Source: a virus
Virus record (IMG/VR): IMGVR_UViG_3300045988_086395
Strand: one strand, 5' to 3'
Length of the DNA stretch: 16,487 nt
Position 1 is the first letter of the stretch. The number at the start of each line of letters is the position of its first letter. Under the pieces are notes generated by a model. That model ran no database searches. It worked only from the letters and a program-made list of their open reading frames with translations, and was not told the origin of the DNA. Made by a program: the position numbers and the translations under genes. Positions 15,457 to 16,487 of this stretch are shown one piece after another.

Positions 15457-15690
15457 TTATTCACCTTTCTTTTCAATAAGCTTTGCATTCGCAACAAACG
15501 TTTCAGCATCCATACCATACTTCTGCTCGTCATACGTAATGCTATTAATGATAACCTGCTTATGCTCCATTTCCTCGATCACAATACGGGCCTTCTGCTC
15601 CGTCAGCCTACCATGCATGACATAGCTTTTACGCTCCCCCGTTTCAGTAGTGTACACCACCGAACTTTCAGTAATCGTCCTCGTAATCAT
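15457..15690 (-). CDS. Putative histone-like dsDNA-binding protein (phi29 p6-like). The ORF may extend to a GTG at 15735, which would add a basic N-terminal tail KGRNNRRKDK.
   Basis: ITRTITESSVVYTTETGE...LTEQKARIV...DAETFVANAKLIEKK resembles p6 (ITKTTVNVAKMVMVDGE...LTMEQAQ...VEKFLEVATVRVEK). It lies immediately upstream of the SSB as in phi29. The internal ATG at 15690 has an AAAGGA RBS. Confidence 0.45.
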   Translation of the reverse strand: MITRTITESSVVYTTETGERKSYVMHGRLTEQKARIVIEEMEHKQVIINSITYDEQKYGMDAETFVANAKLIEKKGE

Positions 15691-15734
15691 TATCTTATCC
15701 TTTCTTCTATTATTACGTCCCTTTGACGTAATCA

Positions 15735-15950
15735 CTAAATAGTCAACGTGCCGCTATCGAGAATTGCATTGCAACGAGCGACAGAACTTTTAAGATCAAC
15801 AATCCAATCGCCATAATCGCCAACCATGAGAGAGTGATCATTGGCTTCGTCTTCGCACACATAATAGCCTTGCGTTGGAATAAAACGTATCGTGTAATCA
15901 CTGATTGACTGTAGTTCTTCTACCACTTTTGAAATATCGTATGCGTTCAT
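15735..15950 (-). CDS. Hypothetical early protein (71 aa).
   Basis: Strong AAGGAGG RBS 5 nt before the ATG. Acidic protein with no recognisable motif. Confidence 0.5.
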   Translation of the reverse strand: MNAYDISKVVEELQSISDYTIRFIPTQGYYVCEDEANDHSLMVGDYGDWIVDLKSSVARCNAILDSGTLTI

Positions 15951-15965
15951 TGTATCCTCCTTAAT

Positions 15966-16166
15966 TTAAGTCTCTATAACTGTATAATATCCTTCTTTAT
16001 CCAATTCTATAATTTTCTTAACCAACATAGATATATCGAAAAAAGAAAACTTTCTAATGCCCGAAATACCAACAAACTTGTCCATTGCATTTATATTGCG
16101 ATCAAGTTCGTTAAACAACCTAGCAACATCATGTACTTGAGAACAATAAACAATATAAATTGCCAT
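15966..16166 (-). CDS. Hypothetical early protein (66 aa), first gene of the right-end operon. Its promoter, 5'UTR, RBS and ATG are identical to those of the gene at 322.
   Basis: ATG at the inner boundary of the right ITR. Possibly a distant paralog of the 76-aa left-end protein (shared IYIVY...V.DV......L / ..KFSFFD pattern). Confidence 0.55.
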   Translation of the reverse strand: MAIYIVYCSQVHDVARLFNELDRNINAMDKFVGISGIRKFSFFDISMLVKKIIELDKEGYYTVIET

Positions 16167-16448
16167 CTTCCACTCCTTCTCCTCAACGACAAGACCATTA
16201 TAGCACGTTATACGTGCGTTGTCTCATTCACGTTTTCTATGGATGAGTGGTGCAGTAGTATACAGTGTACACTTAGCAACGGCCAGTCAATTGTTGACTA
16301 GATTGCATGTGTACAGTGTATACTTTTCGACGTGCTAGCATAGCTTGTTCATTCTGTCAAGGATTTATTTTGTTATGCATATGTTGGTGTTGTTGTCAAG
16401 TGAAAAACATGAAAAGAATAGGAATGGGAAGCGAACATTTGTTCGGTG
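16164..16448. repeat. Right inverted terminal repeat (285 bp).
   Basis: Exact reverse complement of 40-324. Confidence 0.85.
16197..16225 (-). promoter_or_regulatory. Mirror copy of the ITR promoter (-35 GAGACA, operator palindrome, TGcTATAAT). It drives the right-end early operon inward.
   Basis: Exact reverse complement of 263-291. Confidence 0.6.
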
Positions 16449-16487
16449 CTGTCTCTTATACACATCTGACGCTGCCGACGAAGGCTT
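16449..16487. other. Nextera adapter remnant: reverse complement of the mosaic end, TCGTCGGCAGCGTC and the i5 tail. Not biological.
   Basis: CTGTCTCTTATACACATCT GACGCTGCCGACGA AGGCTT is the reverse complement of bases 1-39. Confidence 0.9.

Noticed and set aside
1-16487. CRISPR arrays, integrases, transposases, toxin-antitoxin or defence-system genes.
   Set aside because: None found. There are no spacer-repeat arrays and no recognisable recombinase or nuclease motifs outside the polymerase exonuclease domain.

Overview
The window appears to be one complete, or nearly complete, linear genome of a small phi29-like (Salasmaviridae-type) podophage of a Gram-positive host. It is about 16.4 kb, bounded by exact 285-bp inverted terminal repeats, with untrimmed Illumina Nextera adapter at both contig ends (1-39 and 16449-16487). 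Homology calls throughout are made from memory of the phi29 protein sequences and motifs, without any database search. A family-B protein-primed DNA polymerase carries every phi29 motif (DFETTT...DCRVWA, FDFEF, YISND, NSMYPS, KLMLNSLYGK, YADTDS, RQKTYI). A terminal-protein-like gene overlaps it upstream. Other recognisable homologs are p5-like SSB, a p6-like DNA-binding protein, scaffold, a major capsid protein with a C-terminal Ig-like domain, gp9-like tail knob, gp10-like portal and gp16-like packaging ATPase. The lysis and tail-hydrolase genes are a GH25 muramidase endolysin, a small holin and an NlpC/P60-type tail peptidoglycan hydrolase. All structural and replication genes lie on the minus strand, transcribed from the right end. 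A short operon of small early genes lies on the plus strand at the left end, and the two blocks converge on a hairpin terminator at about 1640-1684. Relative to phi29, the early replication block (p6-like, SSB, TP, pol) is inverted so that it is co-oriented with the late genes. The most interesting unannotated signals are five. First, a 170-nt non-coding gap between pol and scaffold has a near-consensus promoter driving a ~115-nt GC-rich structured RNA whose 5' and 3' ends pair in a bulged helix. This is a strong candidate for the packaging RNA (pRNA) that a gp16-type ATPase needs, in a non-canonical internal position. Second, each ITR carries an identical inward-firing promoter, operator-like palindromes and an identical 5'UTR/RBS/ATG for the first gene at its end. 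Third, a tRNA-like element with its own extended -10 promoter sits inside the lysis cassette. Fourth, there are hairpin terminators after the capsid gene and between SSB and TP. Fifth, several ORF-track starts are really TTG/GTG artefacts and can be reassigned to ATG starts with good RBS.
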